NCBI RefSeq assembly: GCF_004010195.1 | Contig: NC_057720.1 | Location: forward strand, 26,134,572 to 26,173,915 | Reading direction: 5' to 3' | DNA length: 39,344 bases | From: Chiloscyllium plagiosum | Lineage: Eukaryota | In this document: positions 1-11,505 of the stretch, in pieces | How the letters are laid out: the number at the start of each line of letters is the position of its first letter | How positions within the stretch are numbered: the stretch's first letter is position 1 | The notes under the pieces: model-generated | What the model was told of the DNA's origin: nothing | The model's input: only the letters and a program-made list of their open reading frames with translations | Databases searched by the model: none | Made by a program: the position numbers and the translations under genes

Positions 1-241
1 ATTTAAGGTGAAGGGTGGAAGGGATAGGGGCGATGTCAGGGGTGGGTTCTTTACCCAGAGAGTGGTGGGGGCATGGGATGCGCTGCCCGTGGGAGTGGTA
101 GAGTCGGAATCATTGGCGACCTTTAAGCGGCATTTGGATAGGTACATGGATGGGTACTTAATCTAGGTTAGAAGTTCGGCACAACATCATGGGCCGAAGG
201 GCCTGTTCTGTGCTGTATTGTTCTATGTTTCTATGTTTCTA
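1..241 (+). mobile_element. CR1-type LINE 3' end (ORF2 C-terminus, 3' UTR, tandem-repeat tail)
   Basis: Encodes the CR1 C-terminal motif FFTQRVVGAWDALP. Followed by ...gggccgaagggcctgttctgtgctgta and a (TTCTATGT)-type tail. Reverse-complement match to 4433-4654. Confidence 0.9.
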
Positions 242-339
242 AAACACTCATGTGTGTGCTAAGTTGACAAAGATAGAATCCTTTGCAATATTGGAGCTCT
301 GTTATGTCTGCCTTGTTTATATTAAGCTGCTCCTCAATG

Positions 340-462
340 TTATCTGAATAAGAGTAGGGAGATCACCTGGTGTCCTGTTCAATGTTCCTCCCTCAATCTG
401 CACACCAATAAAATTGGACTTCTTAATTCTTCATTACAATGCTGTTGGTGGGATATGGTTGG
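340..462 (+). mobile_element. Old SINE fragment (Deu-domain/SacSINE1-like)
   Basis: ctggtgtcctgttcaatgttcctccctcaa...cattacaatgctgttggtggga resembles the Deu-SINE core as recalled, and is the reverse complement of part of 4215-4432. Confidence 0.45.
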
Positions 463-861
463 GATGAAAACTTCAAAACTGTAATCAATTGAATCAATTA
501 AGCCAATTCCATTACATGCTTACTAAGATATCTCAGACTACAAATGTCAGCGCATGTACAACCCCTGAGGTCACCTAGTCACTATCACCTAGGATCTTCA
601 ACACTTCATATGCTGTAATGATGCTTTATTTACATCTGTACATGATAGGTTATCAAATACAGACACCTTGCGTAGTGTTTAAGACCTCTCTCTACACGTG
701 CTCATTCTAGATTAATATAAGCAATTAAAGATTTTAAGTGCTACATGTTTTCCATTATAAAACACAAATGCACTCTAGTTCCCAGAGTCATGAACACCAT
801 CATTAGAGATAAGCCCATGTCAATATCTTCATATGTTAACACTGCTGGTGCTGGCATCCAT

Positions 862-1012
862 TACTCTTGTGAGACCATGGATCTGCGCCTGGGAAGTCTT
901 GCTTCAATTTTTGTTGGTGGAGCAGCTTCTGTTGTGGCTGTAGAAACCCACACGGGAGTGGCAGTCTCTGCTGCAGTGACTGTACTTGAAGGCGCTGTCC
1001 TCCGGTGTTATG
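862..1012 (-). mobile_element. RTE-clade LINE 3' end
   Basis: Minus-strand translation SHCSRDCHSRVGFYSHNRSC matches the C-terminal CxxCxRxCxSRIGLxSHxRxC zinc-knuckle of RTE ORF, followed by a stop and short 3' UTR. Confidence 0.75.
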
Positions 1013-3411
1013 TACACCACAAAGAATGCTACCATCTTAGCTATTAGTTTAGTACCTTCCACTGAACCACATGGCAATCTATTGCTGCCAACTAATTCAA
1101 AATGCATTATGCATTAATACAATATTTTCATTTGCTTCCTTGTTTCACTTTAACCAATCTGCATTAATGGCATCATATATGTAATGGAGGGAGGTAGGAG
1201 GGGCATAGAGAAATGAGTTCTCCTCCATGTTATTTCCACAAGAATGGTAAATGTGTTCTAAAACAATCGACTGAAAATTTCAGTACAAATAGGGAATAGT
1301 ACAATATACATCTCAACATTTGTTTGAGATGTATATTGCAATCAGAGTTGTTAATCAAGGCAGAATAGATAATTTCAAGGGCCATGCTTACATAATTAAA
1401 TAAAACTGCAGGTTTTCTTTTTTTCCATACATGCTGCCAAATTGAAGTATGAAGGACAAGTTGTTGAAAGGCATCATTTATGCCTGAAGGCTGGATTGCC
1501 TTAAAACATGTGAGAAAGCCTTTTAATTCTTTTCTCAGCCTTTCGTTTTGGCTTATATTTGTGATAGCTTTTATCATGAAATTATTTTTTGCCTTTTAAG
1601 CTCATGTTCTTTAGAACCTCTTTGTATACTTTTGCTCTGGGGCTTTATTTACTGATGTCTGTGATTGTTTGTCTTTTTCCTAAGTGTCATCATCTGCCAA
1701 GAGAGCTACTTACTTCCCAATCCTTCATGTGAAGCTTTTTGCCCTCTGCTCTCCGGCACTTATTGCCTTTCTGGAAAAGTCACTGATGACTCCAATCTAT
1801 TTTCAAAACACATAGAATTTTACCTCACTTGCGTCATTTCCTTTATTTCCATGTTTCTCTACTTTCTATGGGTTTATTTTTCCTAAACTTTACCTTTACA
1901 ATCTCTGACAGAAATTGCCTCAGATTTCTTTTTCCTGAATTACACATTTGAAGCTGTCATTTAATTTGTATTCAGTGTTTTGTTTCCTTCTTTTTTGCCT
2001 CTTCCCCATCACCAAATATGTCTTCCTTTATCACATCAGTTGTTCTTTGAACCAGTTTTTTGAATGCAGCCTCCATAAAGCTTTTGGACATAAATGATAC
2101 TTATCAATCTATCCCTCATCTCATAGCTTTTGACAATTGTATGTCAAACTATGCTCCATCCTGCCTTCCAGTGTTTCTTATACACTAGCTACACGTAACC
2201 AGCTATCAGAGCTTTCATACTGTGTCACTGTTCAAAAATATTAACAAACATGCTATTTATATTTTGCGAATTCAGTATATTTTCATGCTAACCAACATGT
2301 AAACATCATGACTTATTAACATGGTAGCTCATTTTTATTTTCAATCATTCATTTGCATGTTATTATAACAAATTACAAAGTGATACACCATTGGTCTCTT
2401 ATTTCACTCTCTGGTCAATACATTAACATCCTGTTGTTCCTTCATCTGCTTTTTAAAATAAATGACTACATTAATACAAATACAATTAAGATGCAAATGT
2501 GTGTGACAATATAAAACCTTAATAATGAAGACCTTAATATACAATCACACTGACATATTAACCTGCATAAGACCTTATTTTCCTCTATCATCAATTTTAA
2601 CAAAAATTAGATGTGAGTAAAAAGGCATGCAATGTTGCTAGAAAATGCAATGGAATATTTGTGTTCAGTGCTGATATCAGGATTCTTACTACAATGCACA
2701 GTCAAATAGAAAATTGACTATTTAATTGTAGGTTATACAGGGAAGATCTGGAAGAATGAGTATAAGCTATATGGGCTCATAATGTTTGTATGTTCAATCA
2801 TTGCAATGAATCCCCTAGATTTATTTAACATTATCTATGGCCTTGGGTTAATACACTTAAGATTCTCTATGCTTTTTCTATCATTATAATTAATTAATAT
2901 CAGGCTTGCAGACTATGTCCAGAATGTTGAACTTTCTATCATAAGGAATGGATAGAGAATACACTTAAACTCATGCACTTTATAAAAGCTTTTTATTTAT
3001 AAGAAAAAAATATTTTTTCACAGCCAACCAAATGCATAATGCAAAAGCAAATTGAAATAAAAGCAGAAAATAATGGCGACACTCAGTTAGTAAGGCAGAA
3101 ACCGTGGAGAGAGAATGTTGGTGACCATTTATCAGAATATGAAAACGTTGGAGAGGCAATATTTAAGCAAACTAAGAGGAGAGGAAAGGGAAGGATGGAA
3201 AGGGGAGGAAAGAAAGGAAGACAAAGTATGTGACAGAGTTGAAGACACCAAGAATTAAAAAGCAAGAGGAATGATGGAGCAGAGCAAAAGCCGATGGTAA
3301 TAAGACAGGCCCGTTGCCAATTGCTGACACTGCAGAAAAACAAAATGACTGGTGCAAAGTAACTAATTGAAAGAAGGAGCACTCTTCCTCAAGTTTTGTT
3401 AGAATGGTGTG

Positions 3412-3955
3412 CTATGGACAAGGCCAGACCCCTTCAAACCATTTCAAGTAGCCAACAACTTTTCTAGTTGTTTTAAGCAGGTGTAAAGTAGATATTCCAG
3501 GAGTGGTGCAGCTGACCCAACCACTCAGTTTTAAACAAAACAGAATTTATTTGTAAGATTATCGAATGAAGCACAAACAAAGAGAACAGAATATAGAATA
3601 ACTTAACTACTTAAGAATTCAGTTGACTCTATTGTAACTTAACGATGCTGCTCCAAATACTTACAAATTCCCCATTAACATTCTTAGCAAAAATGGTAAA
3701 AATCAAACACAGGTTCTTACAGGAGAGACATCGGAGAGAGACAGAGGATCATCAAAGAACTTTTTCTTTCACTAGCAGCCTCAAAAACTGATCAGCAATC
3801 GCAAAACAGCCCCACTGCTAAAACCAAAGCAAACTAGAGGAAAGATGAGCTTGGCGAACTGGCCACTCCCCTTTCATTGCACAACTGTTTTTTTTAAAGC
3901 AACTTGAAAGCCTTTTGCCTGAGGCAGCATCTGTTAGCTATAATCAATTACCAGT
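3412..3955. mobile_element. Putative solo LTR / LTR-like repeat
   Basis: About 540-bp non-coding block beginning TG (tgtgctatggacaaggccagacccc) with LTR-like composition. Resemblance to shark LTR-like repeats is from memory only; no partner LTR or TSD was seen. Confidence 0.3.
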
Positions 3956-4214
3956 GCCAAGTCTTTTTTTACCATATCATAATAGTGGCCGGCTACACAA
4001 CATCAATGGATCACATTTCATACTCAGCTAATAAATTGGCCTTACCTTTGGAAAGAATTTCAAGACTTCAGAGGTCAGCTGGTGTGTCTTGATTCACAGT
4101 AGACACTGTAATGAAAATTATTACCAGATCGTTGGGTGGTATCAAGCCTTGTTTGAAAATTGCAAGAAGAATTTACATGCATTGTCAAATATATTCTTTC
4201 ATTCTTGTTGCTTC

Positions 4215-4432
4215 ATGAAATGCAGTCCCTATTGTAATGTAGGAAACATGATTGCACTGTTATGCACAGCAAGTTCCTCCAAACAGGAATGAGACAATGG
4301 CCAATCTTTTACTTAGCCCTGTACATTAAGGAATAAATATTAGCCAGCACACTACAGATAACTCTCCGGGTTTTCTTTCAAACAGCATCTTGTAATCTTT
4401 TACATTCTGAGAGGATAAACAGTACCCTGGTT
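4215..4432 (-). mobile_element. Old SINE fragment (Deu-domain/SacSINE1-like), truncated by the adjacent CR1
   Basis: tgtaatgtaggaaac...gcacagcaag...ataaatattagccagcacac...tcttttacatt matches the antisense Deu-SINE core as recalled. Confidence 0.5.
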
Positions 4433-4654
4433 TAGAACATAGACATAGAACATAGAACAATACAGCAAAGAACAGGCCCTTCGGCCCACGATGTTGTGCC
4501 AAATATTTGTCCTAGCTTAAGCACCCATCCATGTACCTATCCAATTGCCACTTAAAGTTTGCCAATGATTCTGACTCTGCCACTCCCACAGGCAGCGCAT
4601 TCCATGCCCCCACCACTCTCTGGGTAAAGAACCTACCCCTGACATCGCCCCTAT
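4433..4654 (-). mobile_element. CR1 LINE 3' end
   Basis: (ACATAGA)n tail, then aacaggcccttcggcccac. Same subfamily as 1-241 in the opposite orientation. Confidence 0.9.
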
Positions 4655-4737
4655 TTTTCCAAAAATACATAACAGTCCTGATAATTAAACAATAAACACA
4701 GAGTAATAATGAAACAGGTTTACAGGTCGAAATTAGA

Positions 4738-4935
4738 GTTGCAGAAGAAGAGAGACACGCATATCACTGGCATCGATCGGCACTTTGAAAGCCTTCGTGA
4801 AAGTGGTGTGGCTGATACTTTAGCAATGGTTAATAAAGTATTTAGGCTGTCAAATACATTTTGAAAGTCTTGTGTTCACTGAAATTTCTTGCCTGTTTTT
4901 AACAATTCGGTGAGTGGAGCAGTCCCACTGTTAAC
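4738..4935 (-). mobile_element. Ty3/Gypsy LTR-retrotransposon pol fragment (RT-RNase H connection)
   Basis: Minus strand reads TAPLTELLKTGKKFQ*TQDFQNVFDSLNTLLT, then after a frameshift FTKAFKVPIDASDMRVSLLLQ. This matches the Gypsy pattern APLTxLLK..F.W...AF..LK..L...F....DAS..G.GAVLLQ. Confidence 0.8.
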
Positions 4936-5054
4936 ACAAACTTTCAGTAAAAGGGGAACCGTAGTGTGCTCTTTTCGTCAACAATGTGTAAAAGTCCCCT
5001 GTAACTTTTGATTTCACATCCCGTGGGGCTATTCGTCCGTGTTCAACGACATAT

Positions 5055-6255
5055 CCACTCTCTGACTTCGGCCAGTTAGCCAGTTTTCTATCCAACTGGC
5101 CAAATCTCCCTCTATCCCATGCCTCCTGACTTTCCGCATAAGCCTACCATGGGGAACCTTATCAAATGCCTTACTAAAATCCATGTATACTATATCCACT
5201 GCTCTTCCCTCATCCACATGCTTGGTCACCTCCTCAAATAATTCAATAAGACTTGTAAAGCATGATCTGCCCTTCACAAATCCGTGCTGGCTGTCCCTAA
5301 TCAAGCAGTGTCTTTCCAGATACTCATAAATCCGATCCCTCAGTATCCTTTCCATTACTTTGCCGACCACCGAAGTAAGACTAACTGGCCTGTAATTCCC
5401 GGGGTTATCCCTATTCCCTTTTTTGAACAGGGGGACAACATTCGCCACTCTTCAGTCCCCTGGTACCACCCTTGTTGACAGTGAAGACGAAAAGATCATT
5501 GCCAACGGCTCTGCAATTTCCTCTCTTGCTTCCCACATAATCCTAGGATAGATCCAGTCAGGCCCGGGGGACTTGTCTATCCGCAAGTTATTCAAAATGT
5601 CCAACACATCTTCCTTCGTAACAAGTATCTCCTCTAGCTTACCAGTCCATTTCACACTCTCCTCTTCAACAATACGGTCTCTCTCGTTTGTAAATACTGA
5701 AGAAAAGTACTCATTCAAGACCTCACTTATCTCTTCCGACTCAATACACAGTCTCCCACTACTGTCCTTGATCGGACCTACCCTCGTTCTCGTCATTCTC
5801 ATGTTTCTCACATACGCATAAAATGCCTTTGGGTAATCCTTGATCCTATCCGCCAAAGATTTTTCATGCCCTCTCTTAGCTCTCCTAATCCCTTTCTTCA
5901 GCTCCCTTCTGGCAATCCTGTACCCCTCCAATGCTCTGTCTGAACCTTGTTTCCTCAACCTTATGTAAGCCCCCTTCTTCCTCTTTACAAGACATTCAAC
6001 CTCCCTCGTCAACCAAGGTTCCCTCACACGACCATCTCTTTCCTGCCTGACAGGTACATACATATCAAGGACACGTTGTATCTGTTCCTTGAAAAAGTTC
6101 CACATTTCCACGACATCCTTCCCTGACAGCCTATGCTCCCAACTTATGCTCCTCAGATCCTGTCTTACAGCATCGTATTTACCCTTCCCCCAATTGTAAA
6201 ACCTACCCTGTTGCACACACCTATCTCTCTCCATAACCAAGGTGAAAGTCACAGA
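5055..6255 (-). mobile_element. CR1 LINE ORF2 fragment (linker and N-terminal part of RT)
   Basis: ORFs 5452-6252 and 5029-5448 contain KSPGPD, ANVVPLFKKG, NYRPVSLTS, QHGF, YMDFSKAFDKVPH. A TGA replaces W at the join between the two ORFs. Confidence 0.95.
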
Positions 6256-6489
6256 ATTAATTTAAACTGGAAATTAGGTTTTGTCTACTATACCAGCATT
6301 GCAAGTGACTCGAAAGATCTTAAAAGCCCTCAACCTCCACATTCTCGACCATTTCACTATGTGACCGATAACATAGTCCATGACAGTCAATTTATACTTC
6401 ATTTTATTTATTTCTTCTTTCATGGGATTTGGGTGTTGATGATAAGACCAGTATTTGTTTTCCATCCCTCGGGAGCATTGAACTAAGAA

Positions 6490-6590
6490 GGGTTACTGAA
6501 CTGATACCTGGAATGGACGCTTGGTCTTTATGTTGAAGAAATGGCCAGGCTTGGCTTGTATCCACTGGAGTTTAGAAGTGCAAGAGGTGC
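6490..6590 (+). mobile_element. Short decayed CR1 ORF2 C-terminal fragment
   Basis: Degenerate R..LIPGM...RLGLYPLEFRS.RG pattern. Confidence 0.5.
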
Positions 6591-7079
6591 CTTATTAATT
6601 AATACAATGAATTCATCTGTTTACAATATGTCGTGTCACCTCCTAGTAATTAACAATCAATCTAAATATCCCCAATTGATACATTTGAAAGTTGTCCCAA
6701 AACTCATCAATATCCTCTAATTACAAGAACTATGTGTAACTATTGATACCTAAAACAGATAAATTTCAAAATAACTATATAAACTAATACACATAGGTCT
6801 ATTATATACTTTGTCCCCATTTCAAAACATAGCTGTATCTTTGAGAGAAAGCATTTTACCTCAAAGAATTCTCATATGTGTTAGTCCAGGTTTATATTAG
6901 TTTTGCCTAAAAATAGCAATAAACATATGCTTTTATTTTCCAAAGGAATTGTTAAACAACTAAGCATAATTAAATATATGCAATTTAATTCCTTACTTTC
7001 TTAATCAAGTCAAAATTACTAATTATTGAAAAATACTTCAATCCTGAGGATGTTCAGCATACAATATGTTCAATGTCGT

Positions 7080-7207
7080 CAAAGTCTAGATTAGCGTAGT
7101 GCTGGAAAAGCACAGCAGGTCAGGCAGCATCCGAGGAACAGGAAAATCGATGTTTCGGACAAAAGCCCTTTATCAGGTTTCCAGCATCTGCAGTCCTCAC
7201 TTTTGCC
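7080..7207 (-). mobile_element. Short Penelope-like terminal repeat (pLTR) with degenerate hammerhead and an inverted 3' piece
   Basis: Matches 19471-19560 and 39150-39245. Switches strand at about 7177 to tttccagcatctgcagtc. Flanked by ttcaat on both sides. Confidence 0.7.
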
Positions 7208-7469
7208 TTCAATATAGCCAGCTCACAATTTGAAAAAAACGAACTACCTCTCCTCTTCTCGGTTTAGCACTAGAAACAACAGGCCATTAGTTTAAACCTT
7301 GTTGGTGAGAGAGCTTTTAGAAACAAAACTTTAGGAAAACAGTAACTTCAACAAGTGTGGATTAGTTAAGGAATGCTTAAGGAATTAAATCAATAAAGGA
7401 ATATGTGGATTTTTCAAGGCCAAGTCATCTTCAGCCATGTAAACTGAGTTTCCGATAAGGCAACAGTAA

Positions 7470-8250
7470 GGATTGAGTAGGGTAATATAGTTGATGCAGT
7501 GCACGTGGACTTCACAAAATGGGTTGATAAAATATCACACAACAAACTTGTCAGAAAAGTTGAAACCAATGGAGCATGACTATTACATTGACTAAGTGAC
7601 AGGAAACAGAGTCTAATCATAATGACAGTTGTTTGCCAACTGAACGAAGGAATGTACAGAGTAAGATCTCCAAAGGTTGGCATCAGGACAGTTGCTTTTT
7701 TATGATGCGTCTTCATGATTTTGATATGGATGTATTGGTCACATTCAAAATTTGAAGATGGCACAAAACATGGCAGTATTGTGAGTTGTGAAAAGGATTA
7801 TGATAGACTTCCCGAGAATGTAGACAAGTTTGTGAAATGAGTAGACACATGGCAGATAAAATTTAACACAGAGAAGTGTGAAGTAATACTTTTGGGAGCA
7901 AAAATGAAGAGAAGCAGGTTAAACTAATGGGCAAAGAGGTTGAAAGGAACAGGTGAAGGAACAGAATATGCGCACAAATCATTAAAGGTGGTAGGATATG
8001 TTGGGAAAGTGGTCAAAAAATATCCCATCAGGATCTTGGGCTCTGAAGCAGAAATTAGAGCAGATACAAAAGCAAGGAAGTCACCCGAGCGACAAATCTT
8101 AATGCAAACATTGAGCAGGAATGTTACATTGAAACAACAATGCTGGTTATCACATTTTGTGAAGGATGTGAAGGCTTTAAAAAAAGAGTGTTGACGCATT
8201 TTACAAGAGTAGGTGTAAGGATGAGGCACTTTAGAATAGATTGGGCTGGT
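7470..8250 (+). mobile_element. Old, decayed CR1 RT fragment
   Basis: Degenerate VDAVHVDF.K, WLSDRKQ, SKF.D.TK, WQIKFNTEKCEV. Confidence 0.75.
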
Positions 8251-8756
8251 GGGCTGGTTCAGATGACTGGTTCTATCTCAGGCTGAACATGGTGCTGGTG
8301 TTGTAGCAGCTGAAGGATTTACCGGTAGCAATGGCAGACACTGGGGACTTTAACAATAAAAGGAAATAGAGGCAGACTACCAGCTGATACAGTTCATGTT
8401 GCTGCGATCACCAGCAGCACTGGACAGTGTTCATAGCATTGGCTTGCAGAGCACAGCTGCAGTGTGCCTTGGCTTGGTTGAGGGAGAACAGAACATTGAA
8501 AACTGGGAATAGCATTATAATGAATGTTGCAATGTTGAAAGATTATATGTTCCCTATTTTGTCAGCAGCATTGAAATGAAACAACATTGATTGATTTAAA
8601 TGAAAAATTACTGTAGCATAATATAACACACATATAAAAGACAACATATGAAACAGAATATTCACCCCACTAATTCTGTAGGAATAAATATAAGCATATA
8701 TAATGTAAAACCACACGTAGACATGACAGCCACTTTTGCAAATACCATCGTTCAAG

Positions 8757-9110
8757 TCAGTCATGGCTGACTATTAATTTGAACCCCAGTTTACTACTTG
8801 CTACCTGTATGCCTTCATTATCAGAGACCAAAAATGGGTCTTTGTCAAGCCTGTATATATTCAATAAAGTGTCTACAAACCTCTGGAGTAGGTAATTCCA
8901 AGGGTTTAAATCTCTCTGAACGAAAAAACTCTCATCATCTGAGTTCTGGGTTCCTATGTTCAATACTCCCCAGCCAAGGGAAACAACCTCACAGGTTCCA
9001 CTGGATTTAACTCCTTCAAAATATTATGTTTCAATTAGAACATCTCTCATTTTTCTAATTATTAGATAACATAATCACAGGGCATTCTTCTCATTCCAGG
9101 AGTCAAGGAA
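8757..9110 (-). mobile_element. Old CR1 3' end
   Basis: Minus ORF FFVQRDLNPWNYLLQR is a degenerate FFTQRVVxxWNxLP. Confidence 0.6.
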
Positions 9111-9244
9111 ATCAACATTTGCCAATTTTCTTGGATGAAGCCCCGAACGTAATCCTGCTTTGATATGGCCTTTGAGTAGTCTTTAATATTCCTGCGTGAG
9201 ATTGAGCATTATGTAATGAAAAAAAAACATAAGATTTTTGCTAA

Positions 9245-9385
9245 AATAAAGATGAAGTACTGCAGATCCTAGCAAGTGAAACAGAAAGTGGTGGAGCAAC
9301 TCGGCAGGTTTAGCAGCGTCTGTGAAGAGAGATGAAGAGTTAACGTTTCGAGTCCTATAGGGCTGTTTCTCAGAACTGAAGCTGG
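9245..9385 (-). mobile_element. Short non-autonomous PLE-derived repeat (single arm)
   Basis: actgcagat...aactcggcaggtttagcagcgtctgtg...gagttaacgtttcg matches the left arms of the fold-back elements at 14085, 18870, 26255 and 33820. Confidence 0.6.
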
Positions 9386-10236
9386 CTGGAGAAAGGATGG
9401 GCCCTGAACAAAGTGAACTATGGCAAGAAAGTTGAGAGAATCATAGACTTCAAGAAGGGCTTTTCTCGATGCCAGGAGCAATTCATTGCATTTTCAAACA
9501 GAGTTCTAGCCATCAAGGAAATATTCTCCTCAGAGAGTGGTGCTTGTTGTCAGTTCATTAACTGGAAATCTCACCTCATTAATATGCAACTTGCTATCTT
9601 ACCACCCTCTAAGAGGAGACTGGACATTCACAATTCCCAAGTCAGAGCGGGTACCAAGCCACTTGCTCCACGGGACTGCCATCTTGGCATCCAGCAGCAG
9701 TATCTCAGGGCACACTCCAGGCTACCTGCTGCACTCAGCCCAACCAGTGAACCTGGCATTTGACACCTACTGGCCTCTCAAGACCCACGTAGCACTGCTC
9801 TGAACCACTTGCAGGGTTCCTCTGCACTTCAATTATGCATTTTTGGGGCACACCAGCAACTAACAGCAAGGACACTTTACACACAGGGAAAGACACCTTG
9901 CTCACATTCTGGACTAAAGTGTTTACCCCAGCTGTTTACCAATCATAAGCACTGACACATTTATACCTACCTTGGTTCTCCCAGCATCCCGGCCTTGCTT
10001 CGTCTTTTCCCCCAGCCAGAGCTACCAGACTTGCCTTATTCCTGTCTGGCCTTGCCCTTTATGAAGTGAAAAGTGTTTTTTTTTTGCATGTTATACCAAA
10101 AATGTCACCACACTCCGGTGCCATCTTGAAACACTGATTATAATGCAACATTTTACTGCAACAGAGTTCACCTTTCTCGCTTCTTCTTGTTCCTCCACCA
10201 CAGATCCTCCAGTTACTTGTTAACATTGGCTGAACT

Positions 10237-10775
10237 GCCTGTAACGTGCTACTGGGTCCCTGTAATGGGTTCCCGGGTCTCTGTAACAGGCTCCCAGGTC
10301 TCTGTAATGAGAATCTGGATCTCTGTAACAGGCACTGCGGTCTCTGTAACAGGCTCCTGGGTCTCCATAATGGGCTCTGGGGTCTCTGTAATGTGCTTCT
10401 ACATCCCTGTAATGGGATCCTGGGTTTCTGTAACAGGGTCCCGGGTCTGTGTAATGGGCTCTTGGGTCTCTTTAATGGGTTCCTTTGTCTCTGTAACGGG
10501 CTCCCGGGTCTCTGTAATGAACTCCTGGGTCTCTGTAATAGGATCCTGGGTGTCTGTAATGAGCTCCTGGGTTTCTGTAACAGGCTCCTATGTCTTTGTT
10601 ATGGGCTCCTGGGCTCAGAACCAGGCTCCTGGGTTCTGTAACGGGCTCCTGAGTCTCTGTAATGGGCTTCTGGGTTTCTGTAACAGGCTCCTATGTCTTT
10701 GTAATGGACTCCTCACACACTGTAATGGGCTGCTGGGTCCTTGCAACAGGCTCTGGGATCTTGATTACAGGGCTC
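10237..10775. repeat. 21-bp minisatellite (consensus CTCTGTAATGGGCTCCTGGGT), about 25 copies
   Basis: Directly visible tandem array with 7-aa periodicity in the ORFs (SVMGSWV / LCNGLLG). Confidence 0.95.
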
Positions 10776-11027
10776 CACTATCACTACTCCAGGTGACCAC
10801 TCCATCTGAGCTGGTTCCAGGTGTGGGTTCCATACCATTTGTTCCCAATCTGACACTCCTCGAGACACTGCCACCAGCCCAATGTCCATCCCTTTTGCCC
10901 TACAGGCACCTGGGCCTAGCTGCGCATCTGGAGCCTTACTTGCCAGGTGACCACAGGGTGAGGTGGGGCAATATCCAGTTGGCCCTGGTGTTTTTGCCGC
11001 AGGAGGCCTCCTCCTTGGCCCAAAGTG

Positions 11028-11108
11028 AAGAAAACAAAGAAAGAAAGAGGAAAATAAAAATAAAAAGAGCAAAAGTAAAAAGAGGAAAAGAAAAAAATGA
11101 AAGAAAGC
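11028..11108 (+). repeat. A-rich polypurine tract
   Basis: aagaaaacaaagaaagaaagaggaaaataaaaataaaaagagc... Confidence 0.8.
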
Positions 11109-11505
11109 AGATTAGCCACTCCATTGTCATCTTGATTATACACAAAAATGGGGGATGTCAATTTGGAGGGGAGGGGGAGTCTAGACCATTTTCAAAAATG
11201 GAGCTGGTTGACATGATCCTGGCTGATCAGGGGAGGAGTATTTGGAGGAGCTGGTGTGTGGTGAGTAAGAGAGTTAGCTGAACAATTATCCAGGAGATAG
11301 ACCTGGGTTCTTAATCATTTAACTTTTCCAGTAACTCACGACTTATCAAAGAGGAAACATCTGAATTCTTCACTTTAATGGATGATTTCAGAGATTTCCA
11401 GATTCAGGAGAATTGCCCATCGGAATCTTAAACTTTGTGGGCAATTTATGGGATTCAATATAGTTCTAATGGCTATCTGACATTTGGAATGTTTGGGGCC
11501 AGGGT

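Noticed and set aside
3039..3382. Purine-rich ORFs on both strands
   Set aside because: Low-complexity composition with no recognisable motif or splice context.
5029..6252. Active CR1 reverse transcriptase
   Set aside because: In-frame stop at the ORF join, no endonuclease N-terminus and no catalytic RT C-terminal half.
10187..11281. 364-aa ORF
   Set aside because: Minisatellite read-through plus an A-rich tract, with a frame switch inside the array.
9480..11420. Possible non-autonomous DNA transposon enclosing the 21-bp array
   Set aside because: Only a weak terminal match (ggaaatattctcc versus ggagaattgccc); no convincing TIR or TSD.
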